Source: an uncultured Nitrososphaerales archaeon
GTDB lineage: Archaea > Thermoproteota > Nitrososphaeria > Nitrososphaerales > Gagatemarchaeaceae
Direction of reading: 5' to 3'
Assembly (NCBI GenBank): GCA_963706445.1
Contig: OY970160.1
Location: 448,001 to 512,000 of the forward strand
DNA length: 64,000 bases
The notes under the pieces were generated by a model. The model had not been told where the DNA came from and searched no databases. It saw only the letters and a program-made list of their open reading frames with translations. A program made the translations under genes and the position numbers. Shown piece by piece: positions 1-8,562 of this stretch (within the stretch, counting starts at the first letter, position 1; every line of letters starts with the position of its first letter).

Positions 1-1
1 C

Positions 2-772
2 CCATCGCCCTACGTCCTAGTGGGGGTCATGGTAGGAGGCGCAGCCGCATCAGCGGGGGCGCTTGCGTTGAACAGCTATCTGGAGATGGGAATGGACGCG
101 AAGATGAAGAGGACCATGGGGAGGCCTCTCCCCGCCGGCAGGATAGTCCCCGCCACACACGCCCTTCTCCTAGGGTTCGGCCTTCTTGCCGCAGGAGTGC
201 TGATCGCTACACTGACCCTGAACGTCCTCGGCACCTTCTTCATCGCGCTCGGCGCATTCATCTACGTCCCGGTCTACACCCTCTTCCTAAAGCCAAGGAC
301 GAGCTGGAACATCGTCCTCGGCGGCTTCGCCGGCAGCTGCGCGGCCTTGGCGGGGTGGTACGCAGTCACATGGAACGGAGCCGCCGCCGGGTGGCTACTC
401 GGGGCCCTTGTCTTCGTTTGGACGCCCAGCCACTTTTGGTCGCTTGCCGTGATAACTGAAGAAGACTATTCTGCCGTGGGCATCCCCATGCTCCCCTCGG
501 TCGTCGGACCCGAGGCCGCGTCCAAGTACATAGTAGTCAACACGCTCCTCCTCATCCCCGTCAGCCTCCTCTTCGCCTTCTACCTTTCTGGGTTAGGCCT
601 GATCATTTACTTGGCGGTTGCAGCCGTTTTCGGCTCACTCCTCCTCTGGACCAACATAAAGCTCCTGAGAACCCCGAACAAGGCCAACGCCTGGCTTGCT
701 TTCAAGTTCTCCAGCCCATACCTCGCCGTAGTGTTCCTGGCCGCGATGGTCGCGGCGGTCTTGCACTCCTGA
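2..772 (+). CDS. cyoE: Protoheme IX farnesyltransferase (heme O synthase), 5'-truncated by window edge
   Basis: UbiA-family motifs NSYLE.GMD..MKRT..RPLP.G, YT..LK, WTP.HFWSL and DY...GIPMLP; frame open back to base 2. Confidence 0.93.
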   Translation, partial: PSPYVLVGVMVGGAAASAGALALNSYLEMGMDAKMKRTMGRPLPAGRIVPATHALLLGFGLLAAGVLIATLTLNVLGTFFIALGAFIYVPVYTLFLKPRTSWNIVLGGFAGSCAALAGWYAVTWNGAAAGWLLGALVFVWTPSHFWSLAVITEEDYSAVGIPMLPSVVGPEAASKYIVVNTLLLIPVSLLFAFYLSGLGLIIYLAVAAVFGSLLLWTNIKLLRTPNKANAWLAFKFSSPYLAVVFLAAMVAAVLHS

Positions 773-821
773 CAAGGCCTGAGCAATCCTTTTCTCCGTT
801 CAGGGGCGACGGCAACTGGAA

Positions 822-2036
822 TTGGCGAAGTACGTCGTCCACTACTCCGAAGTGGCACTGAAGGGAAACAACCGCCCTGAGTTCGTGAGGGCGCTGAGGG
901 TGGGCATCAACAGGACCCTATCTGGGATCGACCACTCCTTGGTTTACTCAGAGGGAAGGTTCGTCGTAGACGCCAAGGGGGATGAGAACGAGGTTGCTGT
1001 CAAGCTGTCGCGCGTTTTTGGCGTATCCTGGTACGCCCCCGTGAGGGTTGTAAAGCATGACTACTCGAGCATCCTGGCCACGGTCCTCGAGTTTGCCGGA
1101 GCGCCGGGACGGACTTTCAAGATCTCGCCGAGGCGGACTGACAAAACATTCCCGATGAGCTCTCAGGAGCTCGCGACGAAGCTGGGCGCGGAGGTGCAGG
1201 GCGCGACGGGGAAGCTGGTGGACCTCTCCGACCCGGAGCTGACGATCCACGTCGACGTCCTGCGAGGGGAAGCTCTGGTGTACGCGGACAGAGCGAGGGG
1301 TCCCGGAGGCCTGCCTCTCGGTACCGCCGGGCGGGTGGTGCACCTCTTCTCTGGTGGCATCGACTCGCCGGTCGCGGCCTGGCTGCTCATGAAGAGAGGG
1401 ACAAAGCCTGTCTACCTACACTTCTACCTCGCACCCACCCCGCAGGCGGCCGTCGACAGCAAGATCACCAAGCTTGTGAAGGTCCTTTCAGCCTATGGGG
1501 GGAGGGCGACGCTGGTGCTGATGCCTTTCGCTGACTACCAGCTGGCGACCTTTGGGGTTCCCGGCGAGCTCGAGCCCAGCCTATTCAGGAGGTTCATGCG
1601 GATGGCCGCCGAGGGCCTTGCAGCACGGTTTGGCGCAAAGGCGATCTCTACCGGTGATTCTCTCTCCCAGGCCGCGTCGCAGACGCTCTGGAACATTGCC
1701 TCCTTTGACGAAGGGTCGACACTCTCCATCCTACGACCATTGCTCACCTACGACAAGGATGAAATCGTCAGCCTAGCCAGACGCATCGGCACCTACGACC
1801 TTTCGCTGGAAGATTACAAGGATTGTTGCGCCATCATAACAAGACACCCCAGGACAAGGGTGAAGGGGGTTGAGATATCGGAATACGTGCGCACGTATGG
1901 ACTCCAGGATTTGGTCTGGCGGACGATTGAGAAGGCGACCTTGGTGGCCTACAACCCCGTCAAAGACTCCCTGAAGGTCTCTCCTCTCCCAACCTACTTT
2001 CCAGAGGCCGCTGAGCTGAAAGCACCTACAAGCTGA
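822..2036 (+). CDS. thiI: tRNA 4-thiouridine synthase ThiI (THUMP + PP-loop, no rhodanese domain)
   Basis: HYSEVALKG.NR N-terminus, GPGGLPLG, PP-loop SGGIDS, GDSLSQAASQT and DCC motif. Confidence 0.92.
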   Translation: MAKYVVHYSEVALKGNNRPEFVRALRVGINRTLSGIDHSLVYSEGRFVVDAKGDENEVAVKLSRVFGVSWYAPVRVVKHDYSSILATVLEFAGAPGRTFKISPRRTDKTFPMSSQELATKLGAEVQGATGKLVDLSDPELTIHVDVLRGEALVYADRARGPGGLPLGTAGRVVHLFSGGIDSPVAAWLLMKRGTKPVYLHFYLAPTPQAAVDSKITKLVKVLSAYGGRATLVLMPFADYQLATFGVPGELEPSLFRRFMRMAAEGLAARFGAKAISTGDSLSQAASQTLWNIASFDEGSTLSILRPLLTYDKDEIVSLARRIGTYDLSLEDYKDCCAIITRHPRTRVKGVEISEYVRTYGLQDLVWRTIEKATLVAYNPVKDSLKVSPLPTYFPEAAELKAPTS

Positions 2037-2110
2037 GAAGACGGATTCCGACCGCGAGACCAAGGCAGAATTATAAGCAGGGAGAATTCAGTGCGTCAAA
2101 GGCAAACCAA

Positions 2111-2446
2111 TTGACTGAAACAGTGACCGCGATTCAGGGGAGCAGTTTCCAGGACGAAGTCGTGAAATCCACCCAACCCGTGGTAGTAGATTTCTACGCT
2201 GACTGGTGCGGCCCATGCAAGATGATAGAACCCGTCATCCACAAGCTATCGGAGGAGTATCAGGGGAAAGTGAAGTTCGTCAAGGTGGACACGGACGCCA
2301 ACCAGGAGCTGGCGATGCAATTCGGGATAATGAGCATCCCAACGGTGATGTTCTTCTCGAAGGGCAAGGTCGAGGACATAGTGATAGGCGCCGTCCCCTC
2401 GGCGGTTCTGAAGTCGAAGGTCGAAGCCCTGGCCAAGGGCGCCTAG
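2111..2446 (+). CDS. trxA: Thioredoxin
   Basis: WCGPC active site and SIPT motif; TTATAA at 2071-2076 upstream. Confidence 0.96.
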   Translation: MTETVTAIQGSSFQDEVVKSTQPVVVDFYADWCGPCKMIEPVIHKLSEEYQGKVKFVKVDTDANQELAMQFGIMSIPTVMFFSKGKVEDIVIGAVPSAVLKSKVEALAKGA

Positions 2447-2484
2447 AACAGTTTAATCCCTCTCGTGTCGCGGTGCCCGTCCAG

Positions 2485-2931
2485 ATGAATCTGAAGTACG
2501 TCCTCCTGCTGCTGGCCATGGCGTCTCTCTTCACAGTCATAGTTGTCGGAGCCTACGTGACTGTGGCCGGCTACGGCGACGCCTGCGGCTCAAGCGTTCC
2601 CCAGGACTGGCCCACCTGCCTCGGAGGGCTGTTCCCACCACTCCAGATTGCTCCAGTGATGGAGTACACTCACCGGCTTTTCGCTGCGCTATCTACTCTC
2701 TTCATGCTGCTGGCGACAGTCGCGTTCTGGCGCGCCAAGGACGCTGAAAGGGTAGTCAAGAGGACAGTATACGTAGCCATGTTGCTTCTCGTCGCCCAAG
2801 TGCTCCTCGGAGGGATTGTCATCGCCACGAGTGAGCAGGAGTACCTGATAGTCGCAGCTCATCAGGGGCTGGCCGTCCTGACTTTCGGTGTTGCCGTGGC
2901 CGCATTCTTCAGGGCAAAGCGGCCTACCTAG
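2485..2931 (+). CDS. ctaA: Single-domain (half-size) heme A synthase, COX15/CtaA family
   Basis: G.AC...DWPTC, EYTHR and Q..LGG...HQ motifs, 4 TM, 148 aa. Start moved to ATG 2485 because the upstream ORF extension overlaps trxA. Confidence 0.82.
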   Translation: MNLKYVLLLLAMASLFTVIVVGAYVTVAGYGDACGSSVPQDWPTCLGGLFPPLQIAPVMEYTHRLFAALSTLFMLLATVAFWRAKDAERVVKRTVYVAMLLLVAQVLLGGIVIATSEQEYLIVAAHQGLAVLTFGVAVAAFFRAKRPT

Positions 2932-2959
2932 CCAAGTCAGACCCGCTTGGGGGCGCCAT

Positions 2960-3415
2960 TTAGGTGACTATCAGCTCGCCGCTCTGCATTGCCCAGTGTA
3001 TCGAGCAGAAGATGTTGCAGTAGATCCTGTATGTACCAGTCTTGTCCGCGACAAACGATACGTGCAAGACCTGACCAGGCACAATCGTGACGATCTCGCT
3101 GTCGTAGTAGTGTGTTACCTGGAAACCGTGGGCCTGAAAGTCGGTGTCGCAGACCGTGATGTTCACAGTTTGATTTTGTTGGACGGTCATGACTGGCCAC
3201 GAATTTTGTGGCACGCCATGTGCTATGCTGTCGTTGTAACCCTGATTGCTGGCAACCACAAGGAATCCGTCAGCGGGTTTGACGCACCCTGAGGGAAGGG
3301 TGCTGGTGGTAGTCACGTTCCTCCCCGTGCTCGCTAGGTAGAACGCCGTCGTGGCGATGGCGCCGACGAGGGCCACCACAATGATCGCAATGATGACCAT
3401 CCGATTTAGATTCAA
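2960..3415 (-). CDS. Membrane-anchored cupredoxin with CuA-like ligand set
   Basis: N-terminal TM helix, HGF motif and F.ADKTG.Y.IYCNIFCSIHWAM C-terminal motif. Confidence 0.8.
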   Translation of the reverse strand: MNLNRMVIIAIIVVALVGAIATTAFYLASTGRNVTTTSTLPSGCVKPADGFLVVASNQGYNDSIAHGVPQNSWPVMTVQQNQTVNITVCDTDFQAHGFQVTHYYDSEIVTIVPGQVLHVSFVADKTGTYRIYCNIFCSIHWAMQSGELIVT

Positions 3416-3432
3416 TCAGCCTCGGGACCCGC

Positions 3433-4239
3433 TTACGAATGTAGGAGGGCCGCCAGATAAAGGCATGTGAAACCCAGAATCATCACCAGAGCCACTTTAG
3501 TCGATTCCGAATTCGAACCCGTCCCTTGGAAGAGTGGTCGAACGAGCCTCAGGGCAGCATAGGTGGAAGTCCCTAGGCCAAACGCGAACACGTACGTAAA
3601 GTCGATGGTGGGAAACGCCTGTATCAGGTAGTAGGAGCTCGCTCCGCCAACTATCCCAGGAAGGGTGAATGCCAGAGTCAGGACGACCAGGTCCTTCACT
3701 CGGCCAGTCATGTCCATCGCATGGTCCTTGGCATAGATCCAGTAGGCTGCGCCTACCATCATTGGCTCCAGCCCCTTGTGCAGCACGAAGGCGGCACCCG
3801 CGGAGAAGCCCCCAAATGCGTCGATCAGGTTCGTGCTAGAAGTAGTGGCTGCAGTCGCGCCGACGGAAGCGCCCTCACCAAAGCCATGCATCCCCACGGC
3901 GACCGCTACGAGCAATGGAATCGCGAAGCCGAAGCTCACTCCCGGGGCGCCTTCGGTGAACATCTTGGTGTCAAGGGAGAATAGGAGGACGACCCCTACG
4001 GCGAAAGCCACCCACAGCGCGACGTGCCACCCGCCCCCTGTGAACCCTTCGCTGACCCCCAGTAGTGAGGCATCACCGATGGTGTCTGAGAAGAACCAAA
4101 GGTACAGTCCGATTGCAAAGGCTGCCAGATATTTTGCGCTGAGATACCGCGCCGCCGCAGAGATTATTGCCAACCCAATGAAGGTAGGAATCAGGAAGGT
4201 TGCCAGAACTGCGCCGAAGGTTTCAGCGAAACCTATCAA
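3433..4239 (-). CDS. ZIP-family divalent metal transporter (paralog 1)
   Basis: ~8 TM; TM4 HGFGEG and TM5 HKGLE. Confidence 0.72.
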   Translation of the reverse strand: MIGFAETFGAVLATFLIPTFIGLAIISAAARYLSAKYLAAFAIGLYLWFFSDTIGDASLLGVSEGFTGGGWHVALWVAFAVGVVLLFSLDTKMFTEGAPGVSFGFAIPLLVAVAVGMHGFGEGASVGATAATTSSTNLIDAFGGFSAGAAFVLHKGLEPMMVGAAYWIYAKDHAMDMTGRVKDLVVLTLAFTLPGIVGGASSYYLIQAFPTIDFTYVFAFGLGTSTYAALRLVRPLFQGTGSNSESTKVALVMILGFTCLYLAALLHS

Positions 4240-4369
4240 GCGACGTTAGAACAGGGTCAGGATATATAGACCTTCATCTGAAAAGGGCATTCACCTTCGA
4301 AGACGAGCTTGGAGGTGCTTTTCGGTCAGGGAAGTCATGAGAACATCCTTCGACCAGCTAGTCCCTAGA

Positions 4370-5164
4370 TTAGGAATGCAGTAGCGCCGCCAGGTACACG
4401 CAAATCAGGCCAGCTAGGAGCCATATTGCCGTCTTCAGTGAAACGTTGGGGCCTTGGGCCTGGTGGGTGGTGTAGAGCGGTCCTAGCAGCTTCAGAATCG
4501 CGTACATCAAGGCCCCGGTTCCGAGGGCGTAGAAGTAGCTCGAGTCAATCGGGATGTAGTATCCAATCCCCATTGCGACAATCGAAGGCAGAGTAAAGGC
4601 GACTGTGAGCAGAATGGCATCTCGAGTCCGCTGCAGGCCCCCGACATTCCGCCCGCCCGAATACATCAGCCAACATCCACCGATTGCCAGCGACTCCAGG
4701 AACTTGTGGAGGACGTAAGCCGCGCCTGCTGACTCTCCGCCGAAGGCGACGACCAATGAACTGATCGGAGTGTTTGCCACGACGTCTGCGAAAGCGCTCC
4801 CCTCCCCAAGGCCGTGGATCCCGATCGCTATTGCGATGAGTAGTGGAATGACGAAGTTGCCGCTTGGGGAAACGACGGGCGAGAAAATCGAGCGATCGAG
4901 CGATACGAAGGTTAGCAATCCAAAGGCAAAGAGCCCAACTATGAAGAGCTGCTCCCAGCCCCCAGAAAAGGCCGCGTTGACATCGAGGTTGCCGGAGTCG
5001 CCTATCACATCCACAAAGACCCACAAGAGGACTCCGAGCGAGAAAGCAAGGAAGTACCTAAGCTTCAGGTACTTGCCTAGGAAGAGTGCGAAAAGAAGGC
5101 CCAGCAGGGCGGACATGCTCGTGGAGATGACCCAGGCGAAAAAGCTCTCCGCGAAACTCAGCAA
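4370..5164 (-). CDS. ZIP-family divalent metal transporter (paralog 2)
   Basis: ~8 TM; HGLGEG and HKFLE; colinear with 3433..4239, both ending YLAALLHS. Confidence 0.72.
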   Translation of the reverse strand: MLSFAESFFAWVISTSMSALLGLLFALFLGKYLKLRYFLAFSLGVLLWVFVDVIGDSGNLDVNAAFSGGWEQLFIVGLFAFGLLTFVSLDRSIFSPVVSPSGNFVIPLLIAIAIGIHGLGEGSAFADVVANTPISSLVVAFGGESAGAAYVLHKFLESLAIGGCWLMYSGGRNVGGLQRTRDAILLTVAFTLPSIVAMGIGYYIPIDSSYFYALGTGALMYAILKLLGPLYTTHQAQGPNVSLKTAIWLLAGLICVYLAALLHS

Positions 5165-5316
5165 TCAGTCGCAGGACTGAAGGGGAAATTTATTCCTATA
5201 CTACGGGCCATGTGAGGCCAGGAATGCCTTTGCCGGACCTTCAGGGCAGCCCTGCATCGGTGCGGTCATCATCGTTAACTGTTTTAATTGACATGGACAG
5301 GGCGAAGGGTCTAAGC

Positions 5317-6405
5317 TTGGACCTGGAAACAAGGCTCTCTCACATCAGGAGGGTGGGGGAAGAGATAATCACCGAAGGGGAACTGAGGACCCTACTGGAG
5401 GCTAAACAACACCCCACGGCCTACGATGGGTTCGAGCCGAGCGGCCTGGCTCACCTTCCGTTCGGGGTCCTTCGTCCAATCCTGGTCAACGACATGCTTC
5501 AGGCCGGAGTCAGGATGAAGCTCTGGATAGCCGACTGGTTCGCCTGGGTAAACAACAAGATGGGGGGCGACCTCGAGACGATCCAGGAGGTCGGGAAATA
5601 CTTCGTCGAAGTCTGGAAGGCGGCGGGGGTCGACATGAGCAAAGTCGACGTCCTCTGGACCAGCGACGCGGCTAGGCAGGAGGATTACTGGAAAAAGGTC
5701 ATCACCGTCGCCCAGAACTCGACCCTTGCTAGGGCCCAGAGGGCGCTCACCATCGCCGGGAGGACCACGAAGGAGTCTGTGCAGACAGCCCAGCTCTTCT
5801 ACCCGATGATGCAGGTTGCGGACATATTCTGGCTCGATGTTGACATCTGCCAGCTTGGGGTCGACCAGCGGCGGGCTAACATACTCGCCCGAGAGATCGC
5901 CGAGAAGATGAAGTGGAAGAAGCCAGTCGCCGTCCACCACCATATGCTAATCGGGCTTCAGGGAAGGAAGGAGCCGGAAGGGTTCGACGAGAACGGCGCA
6001 ATGGACGCGGAGATTTCAAGCAAGATGAGCAAGAGCAAACCCGAGACCTCCATTTTCGTCCACGATTCGCTTGAGGCGATCATGAAGAAGGTGAACTCGG
6101 CCTACTGCCCCCCGAAGGTGGTAGAAGGGAACTCGCTTCTCGAGTACTCGAGGTACATAGTCTTCAGGAAGCAGAATTCCCTTAGGATCGAAAGGCCTGA
6201 GAAGTACGGAGGGAACGTCGAATACCATTCCTGGGATGAGCTCGAAGTGGCCTACACCGCCGGGGAGATGCACCCCGCGGACCTCAAGAGAGGGGTGGGA
6301 GAGGCCCTGGACGGGATAATTGCCCCCATCAGGGAACACTTCGAGAAGGACCCGCACGCGAGGCGCCTCTACGAGACGGTCAGATCCGCAGAGACCACAA
6401 GGTAG
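5317..6405 (+). CDS. tyrS: Tyrosyl-tRNA synthetase (archaeal type)
   Basis: AYDGFEPSG, YPMMQVADI, GVDQR and KMSKS; start taken as TTG 5317, ~27 nt after AT-rich 5282-5289 (ATG 5293 also possible). Confidence 0.95.
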   Translation: MDLETRLSHIRRVGEEIITEGELRTLLEAKQHPTAYDGFEPSGLAHLPFGVLRPILVNDMLQAGVRMKLWIADWFAWVNNKMGGDLETIQEVGKYFVEVWKAAGVDMSKVDVLWTSDAARQEDYWKKVITVAQNSTLARAQRALTIAGRTTKESVQTAQLFYPMMQVADIFWLDVDICQLGVDQRRANILAREIAEKMKWKKPVAVHHHMLIGLQGRKEPEGFDENGAMDAEISSKMSKSKPETSIFVHDSLEAIMKKVNSAYCPPKVVEGNSLLEYSRYIVFRKQNSLRIERPEKYGGNVEYHSWDELEVAYTAGEMHPADLKRGVGEALDGIIAPIREHFEKDPHARRLYETVRSAETTR

Positions 6406-6406
6406 G

Positions 6407-6892
6407 ATAGGGGCTTCCGAAGGGACCCGCTTCGTCGCCGACGCGATGCTCGGCTCCCTGGCCAGAAAGCTGAGGGCCCTGGGCTTCGACACCGCGTACT
6501 ACAGATCGGGGGACGACGGTGGATTGATTGCCCTTGCCATGCTGGAGAAGAGGGTCATATTGACCGCCGACAGGTCGCTCGAAGCGAGGGCCAGAGCCAA
6601 GGGAGTGAACGCCGTCTTGCTGACGGGAGAAACGGACAGGGCCAGGATGAGGACGCTCCATAGGGAGGCCAAGCCTCTAGGGATCCACTTCTTGAGGGGG
6701 GAGCCGCGCTGCTCCGTATGCGGCGGGCAGTTGGAAGTCGTTACGAAGGCCTCCGTCCTTGGCGAAGTGCCTGCCGCAGTTCAAAGGCGGCATCGGCTGT
6801 TCTTCCGATGTGTATCATGCGGCCACCTATATTGGAGAGGGACCCACTGGAGAAAGTTAATGTCGCTGTCCCGTCTGCTCGGTCCGGACTAG
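6407..6892 (+). CDS. Mut7-C RNase domain protein (PIN-like + Zn ribbon); start codon uncertain (ATA 6407 or TTG 6320)
   Basis: RFVADAMLG.LARKLR.LGFDT, RVILT.D, RCSVC...CVSCG..YW.G.HW. Confidence 0.88.
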   Translation: MGASEGTRFVADAMLGSLARKLRALGFDTAYYRSGDDGGLIALAMLEKRVILTADRSLEARARAKGVNAVLLTGETDRARMRTLHREAKPLGIHFLRGEPRCSVCGGQLEVVTKASVLGEVPAAVQRRHRLFFRCVSCGHLYWRGTHWRKLMSLSRLLGPD

Positions 6893-6893
6893 A

Positions 6894-7508
6894 ATGCCAC
6901 TTTCGATTGAAGAGGGCAGGAGGGCGGTCAACCTCGCCAGGGAGACCCTAGACGCCCACGTCATGGGCAGAAAGCCGGAGGCGAAGGCGGCTCCGCCAGG
7001 CATTTTCTCCGAATTACGCGGCGTCTTCATCACCATAAACTCGGATGAGCCCAACCCAGACCGACTCCGCGGGTGTATCGGGTTCCCATATCCTGTGAAG
7101 CCTCTGGGGAGGGCCATCCAGGAAGCGACCATGGCTGCGGCGACCGAGGACCCGAGGTTCCCTCCTGTGAGTCCCGGTGAGCTCGGCTCCGTGGTCCTCG
7201 AGGTGAGCATCCTCACAAAGCCTGAGGTCATCCGGACCTCGAAGGCGATTGACCTCCCATCGAAGGTCAGGATCGGTGTCGACGGCCTGATTGTCTCACG
7301 GTTTGGGCTCAGCGGACTATTGCTTCCTCAGGTGGCGACGGAGTATTCGTTCGACCAGACCGAGTTCCTCTCGCAGACTTGTATGAAGGCGGGGCTCCCT
7401 CCCGACTCCTGGCTCGAGGAGGGGACGGATGTCCAGGCGTTCCAGGCCGAGATATTCGGCGAGAAGTCCCCGAGAGGAGAGGTAGTTCGCATGGAAGCCG
7501 GGGACTAG
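6894..7508 (+). CDS. AMMECR1-domain protein (TIGR00296-like)
   Basis: GVFITI, LRGCIG, DPRFPP, GLLLPQVA and C.KAGL motifs. Confidence 0.93.
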   Translation: MPLSIEEGRRAVNLARETLDAHVMGRKPEAKAAPPGIFSELRGVFITINSDEPNPDRLRGCIGFPYPVKPLGRAIQEATMAAATEDPRFPPVSPGELGSVVLEVSILTKPEVIRTSKAIDLPSKVRIGVDGLIVSRFGLSGLLLPQVATEYSFDQTEFLSQTCMKAGLPPDSWLEEGTDVQAFQAEIFGEKSPRGEVVRMEAGD

Positions 7509-8530
7509 CGGAGGCCGTCGAGGACCCCGCTGACGTCGGCCATCTTGCCCCGGAACCTCTTGACTGAGAAGTTCCCCGTCCCCTTCCTATTCCAGGCCTC
7601 AGGCTTGAGGGCCGCCCTTATCCCGAGGCCTTCGAAGTCGGAGCCGAACCTTTCCTCGGATAGGAGAAAGAGCGGGCTGGAGATCTTCGGGATTCGGTCG
7701 AGGTACGAACCCTCCCCCGAATGGAACCCGCAGTACACGGGGTCCTTTGAGAAGGACGCATAGCCCACGAGGGCTCCCTTCACCGAGTCTCCCTCGAGCA
7801 CCTCAAGGCTCAGGGACTTGGGGTCGGCACGGTGAGACAGCTCAGCATAGAGATGCGCTACGGCCCGCAGAGCTTCGTCGCTGTACCGGGCGTGGACCAG
7901 CCTTACTCTGAACCCTTGGAGGAGCGCGCTCCAGGCCAAAACAGAACTATGGATTCCTCCGGAGACGAAACACACCACCAGATCCCCTCCTGTCGGGACT
8001 CCCCCGGGCCCGTCGCTGACTTCGACCCCCACTGCTCCTCCGGCTCCGTCAAAGGATGCCCTGAATCGCACGCGGGGAGATTCGAGGGAGGTCCTGGAGC
8101 CACGGACCTCGTCCAAGATCGCGGCGGTCACAACCCCCGCCACGTCGGAGGGTGTTACGTCCCCCGTCCCCTCGGCCTCGACCTTGAACTTTGAACCACG
8201 CTTGAGGTACGATCTTGCCAGCTTTCCTGACGCCGATGCCAGTTCCTTCAGGGGGCCCACCTCGAAGCCTGCTGCAATCCAGCTCACCCCAGGCAGAGAT
8301 CGGAGGACCGCAGCGCCCCTCAAGGGCTCGACTCCGGTGACGACGAGCAAGTGCCCGGCTGCAGAAGTCCTGGCGGAAACCCGGTTCTCCTTCAGGAGCG
8401 ATTCGGTGGTGGATTGAAGGTCTGTCAGCTTCCCCCTGCCAGTCCACCCAAGGATTGCGGCGCGACTGGAAGGCAAAAGAGCCGTGTACGCCGAAACCCA
8501 TGGCTCACTTAACCCTTGAGGGCGCATCAT
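7505..8530 (-). CDS. Degenerate ThiI-like protein (THUMP + altered PP-loop); start uncertain
   Basis: PGVSW, FKVEA, GPGGVPTG and SGGIHS; lacks the downstream ThiI catalytic motifs. Confidence 0.65.
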   Translation of the reverse strand: MMRPQGLSEPWVSAYTALLPSSRAAILGWTGRGKLTDLQSTTESLLKENRVSARTSAAGHLLVVTGVEPLRGAAVLRSLPGVSWIAAGFEVGPLKELASASGKLARSYLKRGSKFKVEAEGTGDVTPSDVAGVVTAAILDEVRGSRTSLESPRVRFRASFDGAGGAVGVEVSDGPGGVPTGGDLVVCFVSGGIHSSVLAWSALLQGFRVRLVHARYSDEALRAVAHLYAELSHRADPKSLSLEVLEGDSVKGALVGYASFSKDPVYCGFHSGEGSYLDRIPKISSPLFLLSEERFGSDFEGLGIRAALKPEAWNRKGTGNFSVKRFRGKMADVSGVLDGLR

Positions 8531-8562
8531 GCTTTTAGAACGACCAAGGCGAGCCTCGAACC

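Noticed and set aside
2206-2484. N-terminal extension of the heme A synthase ORF
   Set aside because: Out-of-frame overlap with trxA; the CtaA domain starts at ATG 2485
5235-5276. Box C-like ATGATGA followed by CTGA on the minus strand (possible C/D sRNA)
   Set aside because: The 21-nt spacing and lack of a convincing C'/D pair or recognisable guide do not fit archaeal C/D architecture; a snoscan/Infernal run would be needed
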